64,000 nucleotides of DNA from Macrostomum hystrix (taxonomy: Eukaryota; Animalia; Platyhelminthes): assembly GCA_950097015.1 (NCBI GenBank), contig CATNEN010000009.1:1612001-1676000 (forward strand), given 5' to 3'. Positions 24,785 through 37,800 of this stretch are shown piece after piece. The position numbers and the translations under genes were made by a program. Numbering within the stretch: position 1 is the stretch's first letter; each line of letters begins with the position of its first letter. A model generated the notes under the pieces. The model saw only the letters and a program-made list of their open reading frames with translations, was not told where the DNA came from and made no database searches.

Positions 24785-27700
24785 ATGAGGGGTGCGACCA
24801 ACAGCGACGGTCAGCCGCAGAAGAGCTTCGCGCCTTCGAATTCGCCAGAGGAGCAGCGCCTGCTGGAGCAGATCACCCGGCGCTTCTCGAAGCAGAAGGA
24901 GAACGGAGATGAAGCCAGCGGCGTGGAGGTGGTTCAGCGAGTGCGGATGCCATGGCATCGACTGTTTAAGCTTCAGGACAGTCGCTCTCTGTTTGAATTC
25001 CGTTTTATCTACGAGTCGCTGAGTGAGCACCTGAATAAGATTGACAATGAGCAGACAACGGCGCACGTCGACCTGGCCTACCATTACATCCTCTTGTTTG
25101 GCGTCTTCCAGCTGCTCTCGATCTCAGCATTCGACGAGAGCTCCGGCCAGACGGTGAACACGACGCCCTTCGTTATGCTGTTCGTTGCCAGTGCCGCCAT
25201 CATGAATGTCATGTCGCTGCCCGACTGCCTTCCGAAAGCGGCCGTCAACGGCAGCATGGCCTTCGTGCTCCTCAGCCTCTACGCACTCATCATTATTTGT
25301 GAGAACCCTTATTCTTACCAAATTAATATTCTCACCGAAAAACTTAAAGTTCACTCCCATTTCAAATTTTCCCTCGTTTTTTTTCTCTTCTTCTTCTCGT
25401 ATCTTTATTAAATAACATAAGGTTAAAGTCCTAAATAACAAGTGGAGCGCGAACTCCCGACCCGCAGTGATGTCGCTTAACTACCTGAATCTGGGCATCA
25501 TGAAGTCGGCGCTGATCCTGGTTATCTACCTGTCTCGCATCCTGCGCTTCCGCATGGCTCTGCTGTTCTGCGCTGTGGTCAGCATTATGTTCCTGTTCTT
25601 CTCCCTTGCTCTGCACCGAGCTCTAGACGTACAGTTGGCCTTCCACTACAAGACCAGCCTGATGGTGGATGTTGTGGAGGTGCTGCTCTGCAACATGGTC
25701 GGCCTGTACGCTTGCGTGGTGGGCATCGTCAGACGCAAGAACACGTTCGGCACGCTGGTGGAAAACTTTTCTCTCATTAAAAAGAACGAAGAAGAAGGTT
25801 CCATCAGGTGAGGATTTCTAGTAGGTGCAGATCCCAGTCACGGTTACATATCTATAGAGCAAGGTATGCGTTGGACTTCAACTGCCTTGACTTGGCTAAA
25901 TCAATTTTCAGGAAAGAGTGGGTCCGCAAGGTGATGCCGAAGATTGTTGTGGAGCCATACGAAAAGTTCAAATTCAATCAGAGCCTGTTGCGCAAGAACA
26001 ACACAGGACTGATAGTGCCGTATCACGAGGAGTACATCTTTGCGTCCATGCTGTTCGCCGACATTGTCAACTTCACCATGATGTCAGCCGGGCGAAGCGC
26101 ATCAGAGGTGGTGCACATTCTGAACCGCATCTATGGCGCCTTTGACATCTCAGCCAGCCGGCTGCAGATTGAAAAAATTGGCACCCTGGGCGACTGCTAC
26201 TACTGCGTCTCCGGCGTGCCTATGACGGAGAAGAAGCGAGTGAGCACCGTGCAGGCCTTCGGCAGCAAGGAGTCGCAGCGAAACCAGGTCAGCTCCGGTG
26301 CATAGGACTAATAGTTACTCCAGAATAACATGCATGAGCGGGGGGTGAGTGGCATTTGCCTCTCGTAGCAAGGTCCCTAAGCTGGATTCCACGGCTATGC
26401 CACATTTATTTGGGGCGCAGCCGGAAGAGAGACTTTAGCTTGTCAAATTACGCCCTTGGGGGCCAACCGACAAGGCACAGTGAGAGTGTACAGTGCCTGA
26501 CAGTGGCAGATGTACACACCTGTGAATAAATAATTGAGATAGTAAATAACTTCTAGGCGTTCTTGATTCGATTTTGTGCGTGAATTCCATTTTCTTTTGT
26601 TTCCTGCAACGAGGAATGTTTCTAGAAAGAAACGTTAGGAAGCAAATTAAATAGGAATTTCAAGGTTAATCAGTGTTCTTCATTCGCACCCGCAGGTTTA
26701 TTACGTCCTCTGTTCTGTAGCCATGGGCTTGGAGATGTGCGAGAAGATTCAGGTGAGCTTAATTGGAGACAAAAAATCACACTTTTCGCCCCAACGCTCA
26801 ATGTGATGGCAATAGAATCAAGTGATTTTCGCTCATTTACCCGCAGGCCTTCAATGAAAGCATGGGTCTGCCAGATGAGCAGCGGGTGGACATGCGCATC
26901 GGTGTTCACTGGGGCAGCCTCAACGCGGTAATCCTGGGCGCCTCGCGCTACAAGTTCGACATCTACTCCGACGACTCGCTCATGGCCAACGAGATGGAGA
27001 GCGGCGGCGAGAAGGGCCACGTGCGAATCTCGTTTAAGTGCCATCACCTGCTGGCCAACAACAACTGCGAGATTGAGTTGCGTGGCCAACTGTTCATACA
27101 TTTAAGGGGAGCTTTTCCTGCAAAGAGCAACGAGAAAATCTTTTAGTTAGAGGAAATTTCGCAGCACTTTAGATATGCCAAAAATCCCGACAAATCGTTT
27201 TGTCGGAAAAGTTCCTGTGGGGAAGCATCAGCCAGCAATCAGCGAGAAACACCTGACCAGCTGTTTAGGCTCATGGCGGTAAAAGCCAACTGCTTGAAAA
27301 TCTGGATAAGCAATGCTGTTTGCGGCATAGCAAAGATTTATTGTGGGAAAATCACATTGTCCCGGTCTTTGAACTTTCTGACTGCTTCTAGTGAGTTATA
27401 GAACGAAAGTTACCTAATTTCTGAAACTTTTCACCAGACTGAGCTCGTACGACTTCAAGGACAGCTCAGACCCGGAGTACTACTCACCTGAGGACCTGGC
27501 TAAGAGTATGTCGTTGATGCGCCGCCGCTGGAAGCTGATGCCGGAGTCGCGCAGTAGCAACAGAAGCGGAACTTCAAATGCGTCGCGTCGAGCGCCTCGA
27601 AAGACTTTAGATACCATGAGTGGAGGCATCGGAGGTGGCGGCGGTGAAGAAGACCCTGCAGGGGACATTGCTATGGGCCAAAAAGAGAATTTCATTGAGA

Positions 27701-30700
27701 CATATTCACCAGAGGCGCTGCGGCAGGTGAGTTTTTACTGAGCGCTGATTTTATGTAGCGCTGACATTCGGCTACAGAGCATGAGTCTGCCTATTTCATC
27801 AATTAAATGCGCAAACAGGCTCAGATAAACTCTCGCCTGAAACGCTGCATCGTGGTATGGAAGCGCCGAGATGGTAGCATCAGTCCAATGACCAAGAAAG
27901 CGTTCAACCGCGAGAAAGTGCCCTTCGAGCTTACTGGCGTTGAAGGCGTAGCCAGCCGCAAAGGCTACAGCGAGGAGAGCCGAGTCAAGAAGGCCGAGTC
28001 GGAGAGGCGGGTGCGCAAGGACACCATGGAGGAGAGCGGCCTCATCGAGAGTTTCCTGAACAATAAGCAGGACATCAAGCACCTGATGATGCCAGACTTC
28101 ACGTAAGCTGAGTCCTAATGATCCTTGTCCCCGAATAACAAAAAAAGAGAGTAAAACTGGTCTGGTATTGGTGAAACATTTGGAATTTCCCGCAGCTACC
28201 TTGGCTACTTCCGAGACGTCACCTTCGAGTACCTGTACCGGATTCGCTACTTTTTACCCGCCAACCACCTTGGCTTTGAAGTGGCCCGGTTGAGCTTCAT
28301 CTTCTCGCCAGCCTACGATCACACCGTCCTCCTCATCTTCAACGCCATCTACACCCTGACCTGCCTCTATGCCTTGTTGGACTACTTCGACTCTGATGTC
28401 CTGATGCTCATCGGCAGCGTGTTTACCATGCACGCCTTCGTGGTGGCGCTACTGCTGGTGGACGCCAAGTACAATGTGCACAATGAACGCAAGCAGCTGG
28501 CCACGCAGCGCTATTGTAAAATGAACCGCGTCGACACTCGCGAGTCCGTACTGCTGCGGCTCTACTATCTGCTGTACGATGAGAAATTCTTCCAGGGGTT
28601 CCAGTTCCTCATGCTCAGCTATCCCATACTGCTGCTCGTTTTACTCGGCAGACAATGCGCCATGCGGCATCTGACTTTCCTCTCCAGGCTAGGTATGCTG
28701 GCTTCCATGAGCTCGATTCATATTGGAGGGCATTTTTTGTCACTACGTAGCTCACCATTTTTCGCACTATCCGCCATTGTACAGTCATCCCAGATATTGA
28801 CGATAAAGCCAAGCAAATCAATCGGATTGAACTCTACAATACCACCGGCATCAACACGCTCGTGTACGTCTATGTTCGCCTGATGGACATCTCCATGATG
28901 AACAACGTTCTCATGCACACCACCACCTTCGCCACCAACATGTTGAACCTTCTGTTTAAGTTCAGCGTGCACTTTATTGTGACACTGGCGCTGAATTATC
29001 GACATCGAACTGGCCATATATTTGCCTACATACTTCCTGAGCAGTATCTCACCTATTCGCTGTTTGCGCTGGCGTTCTTGTTGTTTTGCATACCGCTGAC
29101 AATATTCCGGTAAGTCTAACCCAAATACAATACAATGTATGCATGTTGGCGGCTTTAGCCAGCAGCAACGGCGTAAGCTGAAGCCGCGTAGCTGCTGAAG
29201 CTTATTTTCGCCTATATTGTAAGCTATATATTGTATAGCTTTCTATAGGAGAACTTCGATATAGACATAGACAGACATCATTTTCCGGCATGCAATGAAA
29301 TTGTTGCCGCATTTCTACTTCCGTGAAATGCGAAGGAAAGCTATACAATATAATAGTGGGCACTGACAATCATTTGGCGACTGTCGACTGAACCTTTTTG
29401 AACGCAAATTCGTCATTTCTGCTAGCAAGTTCAATAAAACTGCATTCGAATTCGGACGACCACTTTGACTATAATTTGTGAACTGCATTCAAGTTAGGCA
29501 AAGTGCATTCAAGTTAGGCAAACTGCATTCAAGTTAGGCAAAGTGCATTCAAGTTAGGCAAAGTGCATTCAAGTTAGGCAAAGTGCATTCAAGTTAGGCA
29601 AACTGCATTCAAGTTAGGCAAACTGCATTCAAGTTAGGCAAACTGCATTCAAGTTAGGCAAAGTGCATTCAAGTTAGGCAAAGTGCATTCAAGTTAGGCA
29701 AACTGCATTCAAGTTAGGCAAACTGCATTCAAGTTAGGCAAACTGCATTCAAGTTAGGCTAACTGCATTGCCTTGACTTTCTCGTCGTCGTGCAGTGCAC
29801 TTTCTCACTGTGAAGAAGCTTATAGCCCCGTAGTGGTTAGAGCTTTAAACTTCCAATCGAAAGGTCGGGAGTTGTGATCTCAGCCCATCAGCCACAGAAA
29901 TGAAAAGTTGACCTAAGCAGCTGTGCTCGCCTCCACTTGCAGTCAAAGGGCGATTCGAACTGAGTTCTTCGCCACTTACCAGTCCAACAAGGAGATGGTG
30001 AAGGCCACCGAAGACAAGCAGAAGATCAATCGCGTTATCTTCGACCTGTATCCGCGGAACCTGGTGCCGAAACTCATCGCAATCTCCAACACAGACGAGG
30101 AGTCCATGCTAATCATGGAGAAAGCGTTGAAAGGCGACTTTGCGTTGCACCACGAAAACATTTCGCCAGCTTCCGTGGCCTTCATCTGCCTGTGGGCCGG
30201 CAGGGACACTCTGGCCAAGTGGTTTCGCAAGTACTACCCCAGCCAGTCCGCTTCCACGGACAGCCACCAGGTAGGCCGGCAGACCGCCATGGAGATTGTG
30301 GCGCTCAACAGCATCCTCTGCGCCATGGACGAGGAGCTCGGCCGCATGCAGTTCATTGACAAGATTAAGTCCTACCGTGACACTTACCTGGCCGTTTCCG
30401 GCCTGTCCATGAACCCGGTGACCAAGCAGAAGTCGCCGAAGGCACCGCACATTGCGTTAATGCTGTACTGTCTGAACCTGGTCCACTCCAAGGTGCCGGC
30501 ATTCAAGCAGATCGAGGACCAGATCAACACCCGCGCGCGCCTGACGGACAAGGAGGCTTACGATCCGTCTGATCTCTTCAGAATACGCTTTAAAATCGGC
30601 TTCTGCGTTGGCGACCTCATTGCGGGTGAGTCGTGAGCACATTATTTTTTCTGTGTGATGTCTGAAGCTATACAGAAACACACGCTTTAATTGATTAAGA

Positions 30701-31010
30701 AATTTTCAAGCCTGATCTATCTAGTATAATAACACCTTGCCAATGCTTTCCAGGCACCATCGGTCGCGACAAGCCGGCGTTTGACTGCTGGGGCAACACG
30801 GTTAACACATCCTCGCGAATGTACTCAAACGGAGCTCTAGACATGATTCAGTGCCTGGTGGACACTGTCGAGTACCTGAAAGAGTACTTCGAGTTCGAGC
30901 CGGTGGGCTACAAGTCCATCAAGGGTCTGGGCATCCAGATGACCTACGCGGTGAAAGGTCTGCGGCTGAATAGGCTGCGAGGCCTGGCTGACAATCAGGC
31001 TGCCGAGTGA
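24785..31010 (+). CDS. ADCY9-like: Membrane-bound class III adenylyl cyclase, ADCY9-like, about 11 exons (24785-25298, 25468-25807, 25912-26239, 26696-26752, 26847-~27077, 27438-27726, ~27800-28102, ~28196-28692, 28785-29109, 29943-30625, 30754-31010)
   Basis: Two TM clusters. C1: MLFADIVNFTMMSA, EKIGTLGDCYYCVSG, MRIGVHWG...KFDIYSDD. C2: DKIKSY..TYLAVSG, FDCWGNTVNTSSRM (ATP-specifying K/D plus catalytic N/R). The EKIxTLGDCYYC motif is ADCY9-like. Some middle boundaries are approximate. Confidence 0.88.
26345..26525 (+). mobile_element. SINE-like family B, 5' part with tRNA-like head, in ADCY intron 3
   Basis: GCATTTGCCTCTCGTAGCAAGGTCCCTAAGCTGGATTCC...GGCCAACC..CAAGGCACAGTGAG...GGCAGATGTACACACCTGTG matches the reverse complement of 41290-41455 and 39170-39300. 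Confidence 0.7.
29478..29766. repeat. 20-bp minisatellite (AASTGCATTCAAGTTAGGCA)n in an ADCY intron
   Basis: Directly visible, about 14 units. Confidence 0.96.
29820..29890 (+). mobile_element. Degenerate tRNA-like SINE head
   Basis: TAGCCCCGTAGTGGTTAGAGC...GAAAGGTCGGGAG resembles the family A head. The B box is decayed. Confidence 0.4.
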
Positions 31011-31548
31011 GATGCAGCTGGGCAGAAATCAGTCGGCCTGGCTGACAATCTGAAACTGCTGAGCTCGCGGTTAAAAGCTCGCAATGTTCTTCATAAAAAC
31101 TGAATAGTTTTCTGAACTCCAATAACTAAAGTTGAATATTTCCGGTTACTCTGAACATCTATGCCATGTTAGCTGCTATTTCTATTGTCACAATAAGCCT
31201 CGTTATTTACCTAAAACATAGAAATAAATTCAACCCATTGTCGCAGTTTAATCAATTAATTTAGTTTTGCTATTGATCTAATATAATGTTAATTATACCT
31301 TGCTTCACTTTCCTGGCGTTAATGGGCCAGTTAAAACCACACTGCAACTTCGAGGAGCAGTTTTGTCTCATGACACACCGATCGGCAGAAACTGGAGTTG
31401 ATCGATCGTGACGCGGACTCGTAGAGTGAATTCTGATCGAGGTGTGCTCACATTCATGAGTACGCGAGAGCCGCGTGCAGCAGCTCGTAATTCATTTTTA
31501 TAGTTTTTAGTCGGCGGAAATAGAAACTCCTCAGCTGGCTGACACAGC

Positions 31549-31620
31549 GGGGGTGTAGCTCAGAGGTAGAGCGTTCGCTTTGCATGTGAAAGGTCCCGGG
31601 TTCAAACCCCGGCTCCTCCA
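31549..31620 (+). tRNA. trnA-TGC: tRNA-Ala (anticodon TGC)
   Basis: GGGGGTGTAGCTCAGAGGTAGAGCG, anticodon arm TTCGC-TTTGCAT-GTGAA, GGGTTCAAACCCC, G3:U70 identity pair, discriminator A. One U6:U67 mismatch in the acceptor stem. Confidence 0.9.
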
Positions 31621-31630
31621 GCGCGATGAA

Positions 31631-31636
31631 TTTTTT
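31631..31636 (+). terminator. Pol III T-run terminator of tRNA-Ala
   Basis: T6 run 10 nt downstream of the tRNA. Confidence 0.75.
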
Positions 31637-32839
31637 GCAAATGAAATAAGCATAGATTAATTAGACTCTCAGTATACGTATTTACTGTTTTTCGTGCTCA
31701 CAAATGGACACTTATGATTTTGGAAATTCGAACGGACGGCCGGACGGGCCGGACCGGCATATGAAAGCGAGGTGGCGGCGTGACCCACCTGGCTGGGCCA
31801 GACCGGAAGTGGGGTTGTCTGCTCAGCTGAAAATCTCAAAATAACTCATACGTTACAAAACAAGGTTAACCAACCACAACAACGCAATAACTCTATAATG
31901 AAAAGATATGCACGCACTGCAGACACTCTATCGATGTATTTTCAATCATTTGACAGTGGCCATGAACCTGCAGAGCCGATATTTTAGCGTGAAAACAGCC
32001 CTGATTATTGACTGAGGGTTATAAAGCTCATGCAAGTAAATGGGATACATCGATGAGCCTTTGTGTGGCTTCGAAAGGAAAAATTTTCGCTAAAAAGGAA
32101 ATCCGTATGGAAACAATTGTTTTAGCCAGATCAAAAATAATAACTGTTTGAACATCTAAGGACCATTGAAGTACTTCATTGCCTCACAGCGCATAAGAAG
32201 CATTTAAAAGTGCATGCGGGGTTTGATTTTTTGTAAAGCCTGTTTCTAAAAAACGCGTAAGGCTTAGTGTGGTCCAAGGACCACTTGAAGAAGAACCGGA
32301 CACTTCGTTTCTTAGAAATGCGATTAAAGGCTGGTTATCACGGAAAAATGCTCTAGCGAGATTGAATTTTCACGTTTTCGTTTTACGTCTCGCTGTTCAC
32401 TTTTGTGAATAAGCTTAATTGATATTTATTTTATTCGTTTATTTATTTAGCAGTTCAACAGTATGATTCAGCAATAGGCCTATGATGTAGCAGTTTGCTA
32501 AATCAATGTTTGTGTGTATGGGTAGGGTAGTTAGTACAGTAATCAGTAGTCCTAGTTGTGAGTTTTAGGCTTAAGTATATCGGAAGTATACTAAAACCAT
32601 TTATGCATGTATTTTGGCACTGCTCACTTTAAGCAAGAGCATTTGCTTCATAATTTAGATAATAAGATAATATGCATTTAAGTCTGACATATGCCTTGTA
32701 GATTTAGAAAATACATCTAGGTCCAAATGATAGGCCTAAATGTTACTCTAATCACTAGGCTAGGCCAAACTGGAGTGGAGTGATTCATCTGTTAAAATAG
32801 GTATTAGCTGCACCTAGCTAGTTTTATCATCATAAGTTG

Positions 32840-33915
32840 TATTATTTTTGTTGTAGGCCTAACTTCTTAGTAAAGTCTTTATCCCAATGATGCCACCAAA
32901 GTTGTTCTAATGCTTCTCTCGTGAATTATCATTCCAATGATAAGATGTCACCAAAGTTGTCCTAGGGTTAATTATTATTCTAACTTTATTTTAACAATGC
33001 CACCAGTTGCTGTATTTCTATTTTTTATTTTATATCCTACAAAAGTTGTTTACAGAGGTAATATAATATAATATCTAAGTAATCTCAATATTTGAGATAG
33101 GGCGTCGTTTGAATATTTCCTAGAAACAATTTCCTGCGACAATTTTTATTTTGTTTAACTGCACGCAAATTTTGTTTTAATGCACTGATTTTTTATTCGC
33201 ACCGAAAATGAAGGTTTTAATGAAGTTGCGGAGATGAGGCGGAGTGTGAGTTTTTTAGTATAAATACACGAGTGAGAGAGGGCAGAAGTCAACGTTTTTG
33301 TACGTCTTGTATGTGTTGAAACATGTTCAGAATAAAGAAAGATTGGAAGTGATTGTCTTCAGTTATTTTAAGATACGAAGAGAAAAAAGTGAATATAGTG
33401 AAAGAAGAGCTGTAACCGTAGGGCTAGATCCACTGGTAAAGCCCAAGACGGACTGAAGACTGAATTGAAGATCGATTGAAGAGTAATTGAATAGTGATAA
33501 AGACGGATAAAGACTGATAAAAGACGGATAAAGACCGATAAATATCGAGTAGTTACAGAAATAATGCAGCAAGGTTATAAGTGAGAGTAAATAGAGAGGA
33601 TAGGCCTAACTATCGGCCATATAGGCCCTAACGCTACCAGATTAAATACATAACGCTACCTATTTAAATTGAAAAAAAGAGGTGCATAAAAGTGAATAAT
33701 TAAGGACATTCATTAAGATTGTTATAAAGACAGTAGGCCCTATTTAAATAAAGTGTATAAGCACTAGGCCTACAACACAAGATATTAACTATTGTAAAAT
33801 AACCCTGTGACAACTTTGGTAGGACTTTAATTAGCCTATCAAAGCATAAGCAATAGAACAACTTTGGTGGCATCATTAGGATTAGGAAGTTATTAAGAAA
33901 TTAGCCCTACAACAT
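32840..33915. repeat. AT-rich segment bounded by about 65-bp imperfect inverted repeats (decayed MITE/foldback?)
   Basis: GTTGTAGGCCTAACTTCTTA...AATGATGCCACCAAAGTTGTTCTAATGCTT (~32850-32915) versus AAGCAATAGAACAACTTTGGTGGCATCATTAGG...AATTAGCCCTACAAC (~33848-33913). Confidence 0.55.
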
Positions 33916-34800
33916 ATTTTTTTAGAATCAGTCTCTGAGAATCTATTTTATATATTATAAATAATTACTTGAGTAGTGTATTTAGTTAGTCTAAGTATCA
34001 TATTTAGTTATTCTGGGTAGCACATTTATTTGTCTAGGTAGTGTATTTACTTATTCTGGTCAATTTCTTTATTTGTATGTATGGATTTCTGAGTGTAGGC
34101 TTTCCGAATGATCTCATTCTCAAGTGTACATTGTACAGCAATACTTTCTACTTCTTTCTCTTGAAACATACATGCGCAACCTCCCAAATCTTAGCCGGCC
34201 TTGCGACTTAGTTTTTGCTCTCATTTGCGACTTAGTTCGTTTCATTGCTCTATTTACGACTTAGTTTGCTCTCATTTGCTCTCTTTTTCTCTCCCCTTTT
34301 TCCTTTTCTTCACGCCTTCCTTTTTTGTCCCTTGGTCCCCCCTTTGATTTTTTGGCGCTTGGTCGATTGGTTTTTGCGACTTACCTTGCTTGGCCCTCGT
34401 TTCACCCGGCCGGTTCGGCTGGGTCGGCCTGGTGTTGCGCATGTATGCTCTTGAAATATCTTAGTATTTGTCTCCATATGTTTTATAAAGAATGAAAGAA
34501 CACTTCTGAGTATTGTATAATATGAATTTTGTATAAAACAACAATCCAAAGCTTCTTTCATTTTTTTTTCCTGTTCCTGTTCCTATTTATACAAAAGTTT
34601 AAAGATTAAAACAAATTAATAGTTTATTGTAAATTGTTTTACAATTATTTATTAAATAAGAAATTAGTATTGTGCTACCCAGAATCAACACATCTTTGTT
34701 ACTTTTTACCAATTAAAAAAATAATTGGAGTTTCCAATTATCCAATTTTACCTTACAAAAATGCAAAATGAATTGCCACTTGGTGCTATCCACAGCCACA

Positions 34801-37800
34801 ATGAGCCAGATGGCAGAGCTCAGGTCTCAGCTGGGTCGGGCATTCCGTCTGCATGGCCTCAGTTTACACCCTGAGACATCCCGGGCTGTGCTGGTAGCCA
34901 TGGAACAGAGTGGCCAGGCCAGCTCTGCCAACTCTGCCTCAGTCATTGACAGGTAAGCCACTGACTGCAGGCTGCCTTCATGCTGATTGGACCCACTCAC
35001 AATGAATCATTTGCCATTGCCCTCCAGCTGCTCACAATGAATCATTTGCCATTGCCCTCCAGCCGCTCACAATGACTCCTTTGCAATTTCCCTCCAGCCA
35101 CTCACAATGAATCATTTGCCATTGCCCTCCAGCCACTCACAATGAATCATTTGCCATTGCCCTCCAGCCACTCACAATGAATCATTTGCAATTGCCCTCC
35201 AGCCACTCCCAATGAATCATTTGCAATTGCCCTCCAGCCACTCACAATGACTCCTTTGCCATTGCCCTCCAGCCACTCACAATGACTCCTTTGCTATTGC
35301 CCTCCAGCCACTCACAATTAATCATTTGCCATTGCCCTCCAGCCACTCACAATGAATCATTTGCCATTGCCCTCCAGCCACTCACAATGAATCATTTGCC
35401 ATTGCCCTCCAGCCACTCACAATGAATCATTTGCAATTTCCCTCTAGCCACTCACAATGAATCATTTGCCATTGCCCTCCAGCCACTCCCAATGACTCCT
35501 TTTCCATCGCCCTCAAGCCAGTAGCTTTTCCTGCTCCTTTTCTACCCCAGGCTGGTGGAAGCTGTGCTGCGGCAGCCGCTGGAAAGCTGCCACGTGCAGA
35601 AGTCGGACATTGAGTCGCTAATCGCTGAGCAGCTGCTAGGCGGCACGGCGGCAGCCGCCATCGCCGACAGTCCCTGGCTGCAGGTGTTCGACGTGTTCGA
35701 TCCGGCCGCGCCGCGATTCCGCTACGATCGCGACAGCCGGAAGTTGGCCCCGGCACCAGCGCCACGCCGTCCATCGGATGGGCTGGAGGGCGGCGCCGAG
35801 GGCCGTCTGCTGCTGCTGCGCCAGCGCTACGAGTTCCTGCTGCAGCGGCTGCTGAGAGCGCCCGGCTTCGCCGATTGCGACCCGCTGGGCGCTGGCAGCG
35901 CCAGTTTCTGTGGCAGGGGCGGCGGCGGAGGCGCCCTGCGTACTGTGGAGTTTGCCAAGGCCTGCGGACCAGACGAACAGCTGGTGGTGCTGGGCATGCT
36001 GACTCGGTGAGCTTCGCTTGCACTTTAATAGGGCTGTGCTGGGCATGCTGACTCGGTGAGCTTCGCTTGCACTTTAATAGGGCTGTGCTGGGCATGCTGA
36101 CTCGGTGAGATTGCACTAATTAGGGGTCGTACATCTGGTCCAACTAATATAGTTTGTCTTTTATCTTAAATAATATACTAGCCAACGTTTTGTTGCGCAA
36201 CTTTTGAAAAAAATAGAATTCAGTCGCCAGCCCTTCAGAGCGTCGAGATATTCAATGGTCCTGTTCTGGCCAAAGGTCAGATTTTTCCATAAGAGCTAAT
36301 GTATTTCATACGCCCTACACACGAATCAGCGCCTCAGTTTGGCCTTTCTAGGCCTTCAAAATTGATCAGCATGGTGCCCGAATGTGCCTGCATCATCTCC
36401 AAATTCAGAGGTCACGCACCTTTACATCCGATGACGGAGCTGCTGGACCTTCAACAAGTAATAGTTCAGTTTAGGCAAACATTGAAGTTTGATCATCGAA
36501 AGTAGAAAAATCCGCTTTGAGGACTCAATAGCCAGCTGGAGGCACTCTGCTGACTGCCCTGACGGCATCGAATGGTGACTGATTGGTTGACAGACTAGGC
36601 GTGGGTCCTGTGGTTGAGTTTCGTCCGATATTGAGGCTTGATCAGCAAAATGGAAGAAATTTGCATCGGTGTGTCCATATTCGGCTGGTGCCTCTTGTTG
36701 AAGGTCCAGCAGCTCCGTCTAAATAAAAGTGCGTGACCACCAAAGTCTGTGATGATGGAGACACATTCGGGTAACGCACTGATGGAGTTTCCAGGCCGCA
36801 CTGAGGCACAGTGCGAATTCCTGCAAAAAGGTGTATTAAATGCACTAGCTCTAATGGGAAAAATCTGACCTTCGGCCAGAACCATTGAATATCTCGACGC
36901 TCTCTGAAAAGAGCTGGCGATCTGATTCTTGTTTCAGAAGATGCGCAGCAAAAAGTTGGCCCGTGTTCTTGAGTTTCGTGTGCTTGCTTTGACAAATAAT
37001 TGTCAGGGGGAAATCCCCCGTTACAGGTATAAAAAGGGGTGGGAAAACGTCAGGTAGTCCAACTGTTAAGCCTCCGGTTTTCCGTATCCCGCAGCTCCGC
37101 GGCGCCTAACCACTGGTTCCTGGAGGACCCGACCGGCGTTATGTCGATCGACGCCAGCCGCTGTCGTTTTAACGATGGCATCCTGGCGGAGGGCTGCGTT
37201 GTGCTGGCCGAGGGCTGCTACCGCCAGGCCGATGCTTCATTCCTCATGCTGGAAGCCGGCCTGCCGCCTGCTGAGCGGCCTGCCGACACCCGAGCCGCGC
37301 TTGGCTCGCTGAACACATTCGGCGGCCCGTCGGCCACCTGCGCCCGCCTTGACGCCCGGCTAGCCGAGCGCGAGCGGTCCGGCCACTCGCAGTACCTGGT
37401 GTTCGTGTCCGACGTCTGGCTGGACGACCCCGAGGCGAGTTGTATTTTCAATCGCGCGTTGCACAGCTCGCTACTTAGATTCGAAGTATTTACTTGCATA
37501 AAAAAGGTCATAGTTGCTCACACCGTTTACCCAGAAGCTGCGCTTTTGGCAACGCAGCTGTTGTGCGGCGCACCTGAAGGCTGCGTTCAGTCCATGGACT
37601 GGGGGTACAGTATACTGGTACACCACATTTAACAGCTGGGTGAACTGAAGCAAATCAGAGTTAATTTTCTTGCTAAAGGACACAAATTGTTCCGCTGGAG
37701 AATCGGGAATCAAACCCTGACCTTCAAGTCGTCAGAAATATATGATGCCCCGCTGCGGATTCGAACTCGGGACTGTCCATAGGATTTGAAAACCTTTTTT

